Assembly (NCBI GenBank): GCA_035649355.1
Contig: DASRJS010000056.1
Location: 1-53,962 of the forward strand
Direction: 5' to 3'
Origin: Candidatus Polarisedimenticolia bacterium
GTDB taxonomy: Bacteria; Chloroflexota; Limnocylindria; Limnocylindrales; CSP1-4
Length of the DNA stretch: 53,962 bases
Part shown: piece by piece, positions 41,839 to 51,894 of the stretch
Layout: each line of letters starts with the position of its first letter
Numbering within the stretch: the first letter of the stretch is position 1
Notes under the pieces: model-generated
Database searches by the model: none
What the model saw: only the letters and a program-made list of their open reading frames with translations
What the model was told of the DNA's origin: nothing
Made by a program: the position numbers and the translations under genes

Positions 41839-43113
41839 GTGACACGGACTGGCCCGCCCAGACCTCACACTCTGCGGGTGAATCGCTATCTCGCCCTGCT
41901 CCGGAAGCGCGACTTCGCGCTGCTCTGGACCGGCGCCACGGTGTCCGCGCTCGGCGACGGGATGTCGTTCGTCGCGCTGCTGTGGCTGCTCATCGAGCGC
42001 GGCGGCACACCGACGGAGGTCGGCTGGCTCGCGGCCATCCACACGGCGCCGGTGATCATCGGCGGCATCGCCGCCGGCGTCATCCTCGACCAGTACGACC
42101 CGCGCAAGGTCATTGCGGCGGACAACGTGATCCGTGGCCTGGCCGTCGCGAGCGTTCCGATCGCGTCCGCGCTCGGCGTGCTCTCTACGGCCCAGCTCTT
42201 CGTCGTCGCCGCGATCTACGGCCTGCTCTTCATGACGAGCGCGGCCGGCATCCCGAGCATGATCACGCGGCTCGTCCCGAAGGAGGACCTGACGACGGCG
42301 AATGCGATGGAGTCCTTGTCGTTCGGCATCTCGGGGCTCATCGGACCCGGGCTCGCGGGCCTGATCATCGCCGGCTTCGATGCGCCCCTCGTGCTCGCGA
42401 TCGATGCGGTCACCTACTTCGTGTTCGTCGGCTGCCTCCTCGGGATCCGCGAGGGCCGGGGAGCGGGCGTCGACCAGGTCGACCGGTCGGCGGTTCCGCC
42501 GTCCACGTCGCGCGGCCTCGGGCCGGCCATCCGGTTCATCCTCGGCGCGCCGGCGATCGTGGCGATCACGCTGTTCTACATGTCGGTGAACATCGCGGGC
42601 GGCATCGTCACGGTTGTCATCCCGCTCTACGTGCGCGACGTTCTCCATGCGGGTTCCGAGACGTTCGGCCTCCTGCTCAGCGTCCTGACGGCGGGCGACC
42701 TCGCCGGACTGCTCATCGTCGGCGCCGTCAACTGGCGCTGGCCGCTGGGGCGCTCGATCGCGTGGTCACTGCTCTCGAGCGGCCTGGTCTTGCTCCTCTG
42801 GTTGCTCGAGCCGCCGGTCGTCGCGCTCTGCGTCATCCTTGCGGTCTGGGGCGCGCTGTCCTCGTCACTGACGCCGTGGGCGCAGACGATCCGGATGCGC
42901 CTCATCCCGCCAGAGATGCGCGGCCGCGTGTTCGCACTCCTCCGAACGAGCATGCAGTCGACGCGCCCGATCGGCGCGGTCGTCGCCGGTCTCCTCCTCG
43001 CGAACGGCAGCCTGACGATCGCGATCGTGGCGATGGCGCTGCTGTTCGGGATCCCGGGCCTGATCGGAGTCTGGCTGCCGGCGCTGGGTCGCGGACCGAC
43101 CGCGGAGCCCTAG
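41839..43113 (+). CDS. MFS transporter (EntS/MFS_3-like)
   Basis: The start is GTG 41839. The N-terminal motif is RDFALLWTGATVSALGDGMSFVALLWLL. It has about 12 TM helices. Confidence 0.85.
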   Translation: MTRTGPPRPHTLRVNRYLALLRKRDFALLWTGATVSALGDGMSFVALLWLLIERGGTPTEVGWLAAIHTAPVIIGGIAAGVILDQYDPRKVIAADNVIRGLAVASVPIASALGVLSTAQLFVVAAIYGLLFMTSAAGIPSMITRLVPKEDLTTANAMESLSFGISGLIGPGLAGLIIAGFDAPLVLAIDAVTYFVFVGCLLGIREGRGAGVDQVDRSAVPPSTSRGLGPAIRFILGAPAIVAITLFYMSVNIAGGIVTVVIPLYVRDVLHAGSETFGLLLSVLTAGDLAGLLIVGAVNWRWPLGRSIAWSLLSSGLVLLLWLLEPPVVALCVILAVWGALSSSLTPWAQTIRMRLIPPEMRGRVFALLRTSMQSTRPIGAVVAGLLLANGSLTIAIVAMALLFGIPGLIGVWLPALGRGPTAEP

Positions 43114-43126
43114 GCCGAGGCGCGGA

Positions 43127-43711
43127 TCACGAATGACCCGGCACAAGACGTTCGCCGGCCTCGACCCGAACCGGCAGCCGATTCTCGGCCGGCGTCAGCG
43201 GGCATGAGAACTTCGGGTCGTACACGCAGAGCGGGTGGTAGGCAAGGTTGAAGTCGAGCGCATACGTGCCGTCGTGCTCGCGCTCGAGATCGAGATAGCG
43301 GCCGGCACCATAAGTCTCGGTCCCGGAGGTGCGATCGAGGAACGGCACGAACACTGAGCTCTTGTCGAACCCGTCAGCTTCGAAGACGTACGCCGTAAGG
43401 CTGGCGGGCGTCCCGTCGAGCTCGAAGTGGAAGGCGCCCGCGCGTCGAGCACTGCGGAGCTGGCCGGTTGTCGTCGGGATCTCGAAGTCGGCCGGCTCGT
43501 CGCCGCTGTATGGCTCCAGCGCCAAGCCCTCGAAACGCAGTGCCTCATCGACCTCGAAGTAGGGCAGGCCCGTGAACGCGGCTCGGTCGCCGACGGGGAT
43601 CGGACTGCCGGCATTGCTCCGGAACATCTCGTCCCGGTCTGCCCGGTAGTTGCGAACCGCATCGGGATAGCTGACGTGCTCGTGATGGTGATGCTCGTGT
43701 TCGTCGGTCAT
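43127..43711 (-). CDS. DUF1684 domain protein with a His-rich N-terminus
   Basis: ATG 43711 gives MTDEHEHHHHEHVSYPDAV.... The DUF1684-like pattern is FTGLPYFEVDEALRFEG ... GAGRYLDLE...LDFNLAYHPLCVYDPKFSCPLTPAENRL. Confidence 0.8.
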   Translation of the reverse strand: MTDEHEHHHHEHVSYPDAVRNYRADRDEMFRSNAGSPIPVGDRAAFTGLPYFEVDEALRFEGLALEPYSGDEPADFEIPTTTGQLRSARRAGAFHFELDGTPASLTAYVFEADGFDKSSVFVPFLDRTSGTETYGAGRYLDLEREHDGTYALDFNLAYHPLCVYDPKFSCPLTPAENRLPVRVEAGERLVPGHS

Positions 43712-43775
43712 GTCGTGCCAAGGGTAACCTCGGCACGAGGACCCACGATCTGGCCCTGGAGGGAGATGGCCCGTC

Positions 43776-45167
43776 ATGACCCAGACCGCCGCCCTGGCAC
43801 GCCACCACCTCGATCGTTTCCGTGACGCGTTTGGCGGCGAGGTCATCGGCCCCGCCGACGACGGCTACGACGACGCGCGACGCGTCTGGAATGCCGTCTT
43901 CGACCGCCGCCCGGCGGCGATCGCTCGCCCGGACAGCGTCGGGAGTGTCGCGAGCGCAATCCGTTTCGGCCGCGAGCGTGACCTCGAGATCGCGGTTCGC
44001 GGCGGCGGCCACAGCGCCTCTGGGCACTCGACCTGCGACGGCGGCCTCGTCATCGACCTCTCGGCGATGCCGGGCGTCACGGTTGACCCGGAGCGGCGCA
44101 GCGCTCGGGCGAATGGTGGCGCGCTCCTCGGCGAGCTCGACATCGCCGCCCAGGCGCACGGCCTCGTGTGCCCTGTCGGCGTCATCGGCCACACCGGCGT
44201 CGCCGGGCTGACGCTCGGCGGTGGCGTCGGCCGGCTCCAGCGGAACTTCGGGCTGACGATCGACAGTCTTCGAGCCGTCGAGCTGGTCACGGCCGACGGA
44301 CGGACCGTCCGGGCCAGCGCGATCGAGGAACCCGAGCTGTTCTGGGGGATCCGCGGCGCGGGCTGGAACTTCGGGCTCGCGACGGCGTTCGAATTCGGGC
44401 TCCACGAGTTTGGGCCGCTGCTCCATCGGAGCGCGCGGATCTACCCTGCCTCACAGGCGCACGACGTCTGGGCGACGTTCCGCGACTTCGCGGACTCCGC
44501 GCCCGATGCGGTCTCGATGATCTACACGATCGGGCGCGCGGTCCCCGAGGGCGACTATCCCGATTCGGTGGCCGGCCAGCCGATCGTGATCGTGTCCTAC
44601 AACCACAGTGGCCGTGCCGAGGATGTCGATCGCGACGTCGCGCCGCTGACCGCGGGACCCGCGCCCGTCTCCGTGACGTCGGGCAGCGCGAAGTATCTCG
44701 AGGTCCAGACCTCGAACGACCTCGCGATGGCCTGGGGCGGTCGCTCGTTCATCCTGAGCGGTTATGCGAATGACCTCTCGGCCGCCGTCCTCGACGCGCT
44801 GATCGAGCACGTCCGCGGAGGGCCGGACGAGGGATCGGTCTCGGTGACGGCGCAGGGCGGTGCGATCCGCAGGGTCCCGGCAGAGTCGACGGCCTTCGTC
44901 GGTCGGCAGGCGAGATTCGACGTCAGCGCCGATGTCGGCTGGCCCGACGCGACCGGCGATGAAGCTGGCCCTGCCTGGGTTCGGCGGGCGATGGCCATCG
45001 TCTCACCGGACGCGCTTCCCGGTGGCTATTCGAACGGCAACTCCGATGCCGGACCGGCGCAGACCCGAGCGCTCTACGGCGACGAAACGGTCGGCCGCCT
45101 GGCCGCGTTGAAACGGGTTTGGGACCCCGACAACGTCTTCCATCTGAACCACAACGTTGCGCCGTAG
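43776..45167 (+). CDS. FAD-binding oxidoreductase (FAD_binding_4 / berberine-bridge-enzyme-like)
   Basis: The pattern is PAAIARPDSVGSVASAIRFGRERDLEIAVRGGGHSASGHS, with the C-terminal BBE-like tail LAALKRVWDPDNVFHLNHNV. Confidence 0.85.
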   Translation: MTQTAALARHHLDRFRDAFGGEVIGPADDGYDDARRVWNAVFDRRPAAIARPDSVGSVASAIRFGRERDLEIAVRGGGHSASGHSTCDGGLVIDLSAMPGVTVDPERRSARANGGALLGELDIAAQAHGLVCPVGVIGHTGVAGLTLGGGVGRLQRNFGLTIDSLRAVELVTADGRTVRASAIEEPELFWGIRGAGWNFGLATAFEFGLHEFGPLLHRSARIYPASQAHDVWATFRDFADSAPDAVSMIYTIGRAVPEGDYPDSVAGQPIVIVSYNHSGRAEDVDRDVAPLTAGPAPVSVTSGSAKYLEVQTSNDLAMAWGGRSFILSGYANDLSAAVLDALIEHVRGGPDEGSVSVTAQGGAIRRVPAESTAFVGRQARFDVSADVGWPDATGDEAGPAWVRRAMAIVSPDALPGGYSNGNSDAGPAQTRALYGDETVGRLAALKRVWDPDNVFHLNHNVAP

Positions 45168-45185
45168 CGCGCCCGAGAAGCCGCC

Positions 45186-46667
45186 CTACGAGCCCGCGAT
45201 CATCCGCGCCGCGATGGTCTCCGCAAGCGCGATCGTGATGATGTGCGGGAACCCGGCCGTCGGCTGCGGGATGATCGAGGCGTCGACGACGTAGAGCCCA
45301 TCAACGCCGTGGACCCGGGCGGCGGCGTTCACGACGGCACCAGCGTCGCCTGCCGGCCCCATGGCGCACGTCCCAACCACGTGCGGCACCGAATACGAGT
45401 TCGAGGCGACGTACGACCGCAGCTCGCCGTCGATGCCCGGCAGAGGCGACGACGGCCGGGCACCCCTCCGCCGCAGGGCATCACCGTTCATGACATCCCA
45501 GCCGCGCCGGTAGGCCTCGGACAGGCGCGCGACGTCCCGGGCGTCACTCAGTCCGGGAAGCTCGATTCGCGGCGCGGCTGCGGGATCGGCCGAGCGCAGG
45601 CGCACGCGTCCACGCGAGCGCGGCTTGAGGAGGAGGGCGTCGATTTCGAAGCTTGCGGGATCACCGCGTGGATCTGTGGTCCAGAGCATGAGATCCGGCG
45701 GATCGGAGGCCTCCGCGCTCTCACTGCGGAAGGTCGCCATCGAGTGGAGGAGTGGCGCGTCCCGGGCGACACCCTGCCAGTCGGTCGTGACGTCGACGCT
45801 GGGGTGATCGGCCAGGTTCGCACCCACGCCGGCCAGATCGACGAGCACCGGGATACCCAGCTCGCGGAGGTGCTGGGCCGGGCCAACGCCCGAGCGCATG
45901 AGGATCGCCGGGCTGCCGTACGTGCCGGACGCGAGAATGACCCGCTCGGAAGGGATGGAGGTGCCATCGGCGAGTCGGACGCCAATCGCGCGGCCGCGTT
46001 CGACCTCGACCTTCGCCACGGGCGAGTCACTCCGCATCGAGAGGTAGCCTGCGGGTGCGAGAGGCAGGTAGGCATCCGCGGTGCTGGCCCGGACGCCACT
46101 CCGCGAGCTCATCGGGATCCGTCCGATGCCGACCGCGGCGGGCGCGTTGTGATCGTCCACCGCCTCGAACCCCACCGCGATCGCGGCCTCGACCGACGCG
46201 GCGTGGATGTCTGCGAGCTCATGCTCGGGATATCGGGTGATCGGGATCGGTCCGGACGCCCCATGCCACGGACGGTCACCGAAGTCGAGGTCGGATTCGA
46301 GCTGCCGGAATGACGGCAGGAGCTCGTCAAACGACCAGCCAACGTTTCCGGCGGCTGCCCAGGCGTCGAAATCGGCGGCCGCACCACGGACGGCGAAGCG
46401 CGTCAGCCACGACGAACCACCGACGCCGCGGCCACGCCGCAGCGGTTCGGTGTTGCCCGCAGCGTCAGCCTCGGACTCGAAGCCCCAATCCGGCGGCTTG
46501 GGCAGCGTCCAGCCGGCGCGGAGTTCTGCGCCCGACGCGCGGAGGTCTGGGCCAGCCTCGAGCAGCACGACGGACCGCCCGGCCTGGGCCAGCCGGGTCG
46601 CGAGGACGCACCCGGCAGCGCCGGCGCCGACGATCAGGAACTCGGCGCCATCGGATCGATGAGCCAC
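45186..46667 (-). CDS. GMC family oxidoreductase (choline dehydrogenase-like)
   Basis: The N-terminal FAD fold is EFLIVGAGAAGCVLATRLAQ. GMC signatures include GGSSWL. C-terminal HVVGTCAMG and VVDASIIP blocks are present. Confidence 0.9.
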   Translation of the reverse strand: MAHRSDGAEFLIVGAGAAGCVLATRLAQAGRSVVLLEAGPDLRASGAELRAGWTLPKPPDWGFESEADAAGNTEPLRRGRGVGGSSWLTRFAVRGAAADFDAWAAAGNVGWSFDELLPSFRQLESDLDFGDRPWHGASGPIPITRYPEHELADIHAASVEAAIAVGFEAVDDHNAPAAVGIGRIPMSSRSGVRASTADAYLPLAPAGYLSMRSDSPVAKVEVERGRAIGVRLADGTSIPSERVILASGTYGSPAILMRSGVGPAQHLRELGIPVLVDLAGVGANLADHPSVDVTTDWQGVARDAPLLHSMATFRSESAEASDPPDLMLWTTDPRGDPASFEIDALLLKPRSRGRVRLRSADPAAAPRIELPGLSDARDVARLSEAYRRGWDVMNGDALRRRGARPSSPLPGIDGELRSYVASNSYSVPHVVGTCAMGPAGDAGAVVNAAARVHGVDGLYVVDASIIPQPTAGFPHIITIALAETIAARMIAGS

Positions 46668-46676
46668 GGGCGCGCT

Positions 46677-47042
46677 TCAGCCTTGCGGCTGCATGGGCGT
46701 CGTGAGCTGGAAGTAGTTGCCGTCGGGATCGGCGAGGGTCGCAATCAGGTAGCCGGGCGCCTCTTCGAAGCTGTACGGCTCCCGGATCACGACCGCTCCG
46801 GCGGCCTTGAACCGGTCGAAGTCAGCCTGGACGTCGTCCGTCTCGACGTTCCAGATCAGGCGCCCGGGTTGCGTGTTGCTGCCGTGGACCTCGCTGTGCG
46901 GTCCGACGTTGACCGCTCCAGAACCGAGCATCCAGCCCGTGTAGCCGCCCTCGATCCAGGTCGGCTCGCCGAACAGCCCTGTGTAGAACGCGGCCAGACG
47001 CTCGGCGTTGTCCGAGCCGATGAGAATGTTGTTGAAGTTCAT
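46677..47042 (-). CDS. VOC (glyoxalase) family protein
   Basis: ATG 47042 follows AAGGAG. The pattern is MNFNNILIGSDNAERLAAFYTGLFG ... LADPDGNYFQL. It lies 9 nt upstream of the GMC gene on the same strand. Confidence 0.75.
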   Translation of the reverse strand: MNFNNILIGSDNAERLAAFYTGLFGEPTWIEGGYTGWMLGSGAVNVGPHSEVHGSNTQPGRLIWNVETDDVQADFDRFKAAGAVVIREPYSFEEAPGYLIATLADPDGNYFQLTTPMQPQG

Positions 47043-47106
47043 GGCATCTCCTTTCCCGCGATTCTGACCCAATCGGCGCCCGATCGCCGCAGCCTAGGAT
47101 TCGGCG

Positions 47107-47772
47107 ATGCCGTGGCCACTGAGCGACGTCGTCGAGATCCAGCTGACACGGGTCAAGGCCGACCTGATCGTCGAGCCCGAGCTGTCGCTCATCGACTGCG
47201 GCCACCCCGGCTCGAGCCCGAGAATCAACCGCGCAATCAGCGCGGCCGGCCGCCAACCCGGGGAGCTGCGCCGCGTCGTCATCACGCACGGCCACCCCGA
47301 TCACGCCGGCAGCGCTCGCGAGCTCGCAGAAGCCGGCGCCACGATCCTCATCCATCCTGCCGACGCCGCCTCTCTCCGAACGACCTGGCGAGATGTCGTC
47401 CAGCAGCCCACGAGGGGCAAGGTCTTCGCCGCGATGACGCCGGAGCCGCCAGCGTTCGAGCCGATCGAGGACGGCGATGTCCTGCCGCTGCTCGGCGGAC
47501 TGCGCGTCATCCACACGCCGGGCCACACACCGGGCAGCATCTGCCTCTACGGCGCCCGTGACCGGGTCCTGTTCGTCGGCGATTCGCTCCAGCGGCGCTT
47601 CGGACGAGTCTCGTACGCGAGCGGTCTCTACAGCGACGATCATGCGGCCGCAAAGCGATCGATGAAACAGCTGGCCCAGCTGGACGTCGAAACGGTAGTG
47701 TTCAGCCACTTCGCCGCACTCACGGAGGGGGCGACGGAGATCCTCGGAGCGCTCGCAAGCCGAGCTGGCTGA
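47107..47772 (+). CDS. MBL-fold metallo-hydrolase
   Basis: The metal motif is VVITHGHPDHAGSA, with a later HTPGHTPGS. Confidence 0.85.
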   Translation: MPWPLSDVVEIQLTRVKADLIVEPELSLIDCGHPGSSPRINRAISAAGRQPGELRRVVITHGHPDHAGSARELAEAGATILIHPADAASLRTTWRDVVQQPTRGKVFAAMTPEPPAFEPIEDGDVLPLLGGLRVIHTPGHTPGSICLYGARDRVLFVGDSLQRRFGRVSYASGLYSDDHAAAKRSMKQLAQLDVETVVFSHFAALTEGATEILGALASRAG

Positions 47773-47797
47773 ACGCGCTCGAGAGAGGCGCCCGCGC

Positions 47798-50299
47798 ATG
47801 GAAACACTGGTCGACCTCGTCCAGACCGGGGCAACACGTTTCGACAAACTGCCCGCCCTGATGATCCGGCCGTTCTTCCGCTCGCGCGTGTGGCGCTATC
47901 GCGACATCGGACGCGTCGTCCCGCGCGCGGCGAGCCTGCTGCGCGACGCCGGCGTGGGGGAAGGCGACCGCGTCATCCTCTGGGCGGTCAACCGGCCGGA
48001 GTGGGGGATCGCCTTCTTCGCGGTTGCGCATCGGGGCGCGGTCAGCGTCCCGCTTGACGTCCGCCACACGGTCGACTTCGGCAAGAAGATCGTTGCCCAG
48101 ACCGAGGCGAAGCTCGTCATCGCCAGCCGCCAGACCGAGGCCTCGGCGCGGGAGCTCGGCCTGCCGATCCTCTTCGTGGAGACGCTGCCGGACCTCGCCC
48201 GGCGAGCCCAACCGATCGAACCCGCGCCGGTCACGAAGGACAGCCTCGCGGAGATCGTCTTCACGAGCGGCACGACCGGCGAGCCGAAGGGCGCGATGCT
48301 GAGTCACGGCAACCTGCTCGCCAGCGCGCTGACGATGATGGGCGTGCTCCAGTTCGGCCCGAAGGACCGGCTCCTCTCCGTCCTGCCGCTCTCTCACCTC
48401 TACGAACAGGTCCTCGGGTTCATGGCGCCCCTGAGCGTCGGCGCGAGCGTCGTCTACCCCGTGAGCCGCCAACCCGCGGTCCTCATCCGAACGTTCAAGG
48501 ACTTCAAGGTCACGGTGCTCCTTATCGTCCCGCAGGGTCTCCGACTCCTGAACGGTGCGATCGAGCGCAAGGTCGACCAGGCCGGACGCCGCGAGATCTT
48601 CGAACGCCTGCATCGGATCGCGAAGCGCGTCCCGCGGCCGATCAAGCGGCTCCTCTTCGGGTCCGTCCTGCGTGAGTTCGGCGGCAGGCTGCACACGATC
48701 GGCGTCGGCGCGTCAGCCCTTGACGTCGACGTCGCCGAGCGCTGGACCGACATGGGCGTCCAGATCCTGCAGGGCTACGGCGCGACCGAGATGGGTCCTG
48801 TCGTCAGCTTCACGCGTCCGGACCGGAACATCCTCGGAACCGTGGGCGAGCCGATCCCCGGCGTCGAGGTGAAGATCGCCGAGGACGCCGAGATCTTCGC
48901 GCGTGGGCCGGGCCGCTTCGCCGGCTATTGGAAGAACGCCGAGGCGACCGCGGCCGCGATCGATGCCGAGGGCTGGTACCACACCGGCGACCTCGGAGCC
49001 TTCACCAAAGAGGGCATGCTGACCTTCAGGGGGCGGAAGAAGGACATGCTCGCGCTGCCCGACGGGCAGAAGGTCTACGCCGAGGACGTCGAGAACGCGA
49101 TCAAGGAGGACAAGCGGGTCAAGGACGCCGCCGTCGTTGGCTGGCCCCTCGGCGCCAACCTCCGCGTCCACGCGGTGCTCCTGCTCGATGATCCGACCCT
49201 CGAGGAAACGATCATTCGCGAGGCCAACACCCGGCTCGCGCCGCATCAGCAGATCCGCGGCTCCACCGTCTGGCCGGACGAGGACCTGCCACGGACCCAC
49301 ACGCTGAAGGTTCGAAAGCCCGACATCCTCGCCCGCCTGGACGATCTGGAACGCCCGGCATCGGGGTCGATCCCCGCCGCAGCCTCGAAGCTCACCGCCG
49401 GCTTCCTCGACGCCGACATCGACCCGATCACGGTCATCATCGCCGGACTCGCGAACCGCCAGCCGTCAACGGTCGCAACGACCGCCCGGCTCTCGACCGA
49501 CCTTGACCTCGACTCGCTCCAGCGGGTCGAGCTGCTGGGCGTTATCGAGGAAGAGACCGGGGTCTTTCTCGACGACGATGCGCTCCTGCCCGACACGACC
49601 GTCAGCGAGCTCATCGAGATGGTCGAAGCGGCCCGAAACGCGAAGCGCGGTGAGCGGGCCTGGAAGTGGCCGCTGTCGCCGCTCGTTCGAGCGGTGGGCC
49701 TCACGATCCAGGTGCTGCTGATCTACCCCTTCGTCCATCTCTTCTACAGGGTCCGCGTCACCGGCCTCGAGCGGCTCAACCCAGACGACGGGCCGTACCT
49801 GCTGACGCCGAACCACTGCCTCCATCTCGACAACGGGATCATCCTCACGCGGCTGCCGCTCGGGTTCCGCTGGAAGCTCTCGGTCGCCGCGGCAGCGGAC
49901 ACGATCTACGACAACCTGCTCCAGGGGATCCTCGCGTCCGTGCTCGCGAACGCGTTCCCGCTCCAGCGCGAGGGCGGCGTCCGCAAGAGCCTTGAGCTCC
50001 TCGGCTCGCGGATGGACAAGGGTTACAACATCCTCATCTACCCGGAGGGCAAGCTCACCGTCGGCGGACCGCTCCAGCCGTTCAAGGCCGGCGCCGGGCT
50101 CATCGCCGTCGAGGGCGGCTCACCGATCGTGCCGCTGAAGATCAAGATCCACTCGATGTCGATCATCGACCGGCGCCGCCTCCCGTCGGCCCTCCGCGGT
50201 GACGTCGAGCTCGTCGTTGGCGAGCCCATCTGGTTCGATTCGACGATGGACCACAACGCCGCCACCACGCAGCTCGAGGCCGCCGTCGCTGCCCTCTGA
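47798..50299 (+). CDS. Tri-domain fusion: acyl-AMP/acyl-CoA ligase (AMP-binding), phosphopantetheine carrier domain, and PlsC-type (LPLAT) acyltransferase
   Basis: AMP-binding motifs are IVFTSGTTGEPKGAMLSH, QGYGATE, YHTGDLG and GRKKDML. The carrier motif DLDLDSLQRVELLGVIEE lies at about aa 568-585. The acyltransferase has HX4D (NHCLHLD) and the YPEGK motif. Confidence 0.85.
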   Translation: METLVDLVQTGATRFDKLPALMIRPFFRSRVWRYRDIGRVVPRAASLLRDAGVGEGDRVILWAVNRPEWGIAFFAVAHRGAVSVPLDVRHTVDFGKKIVAQTEAKLVIASRQTEASARELGLPILFVETLPDLARRAQPIEPAPVTKDSLAEIVFTSGTTGEPKGAMLSHGNLLASALTMMGVLQFGPKDRLLSVLPLSHLYEQVLGFMAPLSVGASVVYPVSRQPAVLIRTFKDFKVTVLLIVPQGLRLLNGAIERKVDQAGRREIFERLHRIAKRVPRPIKRLLFGSVLREFGGRLHTIGVGASALDVDVAERWTDMGVQILQGYGATEMGPVVSFTRPDRNILGTVGEPIPGVEVKIAEDAEIFARGPGRFAGYWKNAEATAAAIDAEGWYHTGDLGAFTKEGMLTFRGRKKDMLALPDGQKVYAEDVENAIKEDKRVKDAAVVGWPLGANLRVHAVLLLDDPTLEETIIREANTRLAPHQQIRGSTVWPDEDLPRTHTLKVRKPDILARLDDLERPASGSIPAAASKLTAGFLDADIDPITVIIAGLANRQPSTVATTARLSTDLDLDSLQRVELLGVIEEETGVFLDDDALLPDTTVSELIEMVEAARNAKRGERAWKWPLSPLVRAVGLTIQVLLIYPFVHLFYRVRVTGLERLNPDDGPYLLTPNHCLHLDNGIILTRLPLGFRWKLSVAAAADTIYDNLLQGILASVLANAFPLQREGGVRKSLELLGSRMDKGYNILIYPEGKLTVGGPLQPFKAGAGLIAVEGGSPIVPLKIKIHSMSIIDRRRLPSALRGDVELVVGEPIWFDSTMDHNAATTQLEAAVAAL

Positions 50300-50350
50300 A
50301 CGCGCTCACGGCGCGATCGCCATGACCAGCGAACGCGCAGAATTGACGTC

Positions 50351-50866
50351 ATGGCCGACGACGCGAACCCGATTTCCGAAGCGGTCGCGAAGGCGAGTGC
50401 CTATCTGACCGAGCACCCGGAAGAGGCCCACTACCGCGACTCGTTCGCTCGGGCACACCTGGAGTCGGGTCTCGTGGTCGAGGTGACCGGCCCGGGCGGC
50501 GAGCGCCTCACGACGGACATGCCGCGCGGGATCGGAGGGTCAGCGAGCGCCACGAGCCCGGGTTGGCTGTTTCGGGCCGCAACAGCCTCGTGCGTGGCAT
50601 CACTGATCGCGATCCGGGCCGCGGCGACGGGCGCGACCCTGCGCTCGGCCGACGTCGAGGTGGACAGCGAGTCGGACGACCGCGGGATCCTCGGGCTGGA
50701 TTCGAGCATCCCGGCGGGCGCGCTCTCGATGAAGGTCGTTGTCGCGATTGACGCGCCCGGCCTGGGTCGTGCCGCGGTCGAAGCGCTCGCCACCTGGGCC
50801 TTCGAGCATTGCCCGGTCACGGATACGATCGGCCGAGCGGTTCCGATCTCGCTCGAGGTCCGCTAG
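50351..50866 (+). CDS. OsmC family protein (peroxiredoxin-like)
   Basis: The length is 171 aa. Conserved Cys contexts are LFRAATASCVAS and FEHCPVTDTI. Confidence 0.8.
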   Translation: MADDANPISEAVAKASAYLTEHPEEAHYRDSFARAHLESGLVVEVTGPGGERLTTDMPRGIGGSASATSPGWLFRAATASCVASLIAIRAAATGATLRSADVEVDSESDDRGILGLDSSIPAGALSMKVVVAIDAPGLGRAAVEALATWAFEHCPVTDTIGRAVPISLEVR

Positions 50867-50913
50867 CGCCGAATTCATCGCTGCTTCACAACCGGGCAGT
50901 AGGCTTCGGATGC

Positions 50914-51894
50914 ATGAAGGCCGCGCTCCGATTCGGTTATGGATCGCCGGACGTCGTGGAGCTCCGGGACATCGAGAAACCCGCGCCGGGGCCCGGGCGC
51001 GTGCTCGTGCGCGTCGTGGCCGCATCCGTCAACCGTGGCGACCTCGACGGGATCATCGGCCGGCCGCGGTTCGTGCGCCTGTTCAGCGGTTGGCGGACGC
51101 CCCGCGATCCTCGGCTTGGGATCGACATGGCGGGCGTCGTCGAAGCCGTCGGCGAGGGGACGACCCGGTTCAAGCCCGGCGATCAGGTGTTCGGAGACGG
51201 CTTCCGGTTCGGGACCACCGCGTTCTCGGAGTACGTCACGCCGCGCGAGACCGTCATCGAGACGATCCCTGCCGGGATGTCGCTCGAGGAGGCGTCAACG
51301 CTGCCGCACGGTGCGGTTCTCGCCCTCCAGGGCCTCCGCCATCGCGACGGCCGCACGTTCGGGCCGGGCGCGAAGGTCCTGATCGACGGCGCATCCGGCA
51401 GCGTCGGGCCGTTCGCGGTCCAGATCGCGAAGTCGAGGGGCGCCGAGGTGACCGGTGTCTGCCGAACCGAAAAGGTCGAGTTCGTTCGCTCGCTCGGCGC
51501 GGACCACGTCATCGACTACACGAAGGTCGACTACACGAAGGCGAACGAGCGCTACGACTGGATCGTCGACACCGATTCGCACCATTCGATCTTCGCTGTC
51601 CGCCGTGCGCTCACGAAGAACGGGACCTACGTCACGCTTGGTGGCTGGGACTCGGCGATCTTCGCCGGCCTCCTGCTCGGGCCGCTGATCTCGCGATTCA
51701 GCAGCAAGTGGAGCGGCCTGATGCTGTGGTGGAAGCCATTCGACAAACCCGACGTGGACGAGATCAAGGCCCTGATTGCCGCCGGCAAGCTCAAGCCGGC
51801 GATCGACCGGCGGTTCCAGCTCAGCGAGATCGTTGAAGCCCTGCGCTACGTCGATGACGGCCACGCGAAGGGCAAGGTCATCATCACGATCTGA
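50914..51894 (+). CDS. Zinc-type/quinone NAD(P)-dependent oxidoreductase (MDR superfamily)
   Basis: ATG 50914 gives MKAALRFGYGSPDVVELRDIEKPAPGPGRVLVRVVAASVNRGD. The nucleotide-binding block is VLIDGASGSVGPFAVQIAK. The C-terminus reads GHAKGKVIITI. Confidence 0.85.
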   Translation: MKAALRFGYGSPDVVELRDIEKPAPGPGRVLVRVVAASVNRGDLDGIIGRPRFVRLFSGWRTPRDPRLGIDMAGVVEAVGEGTTRFKPGDQVFGDGFRFGTTAFSEYVTPRETVIETIPAGMSLEEASTLPHGAVLALQGLRHRDGRTFGPGAKVLIDGASGSVGPFAVQIAKSRGAEVTGVCRTEKVEFVRSLGADHVIDYTKVDYTKANERYDWIVDTDSHHSIFAVRRALTKNGTYVTLGGWDSAIFAGLLLGPLISRFSSKWSGLMLWWKPFDKPDVDEIKALIAAGKLKPAIDRRFQLSEIVEALRYVDDGHAKGKVIITI

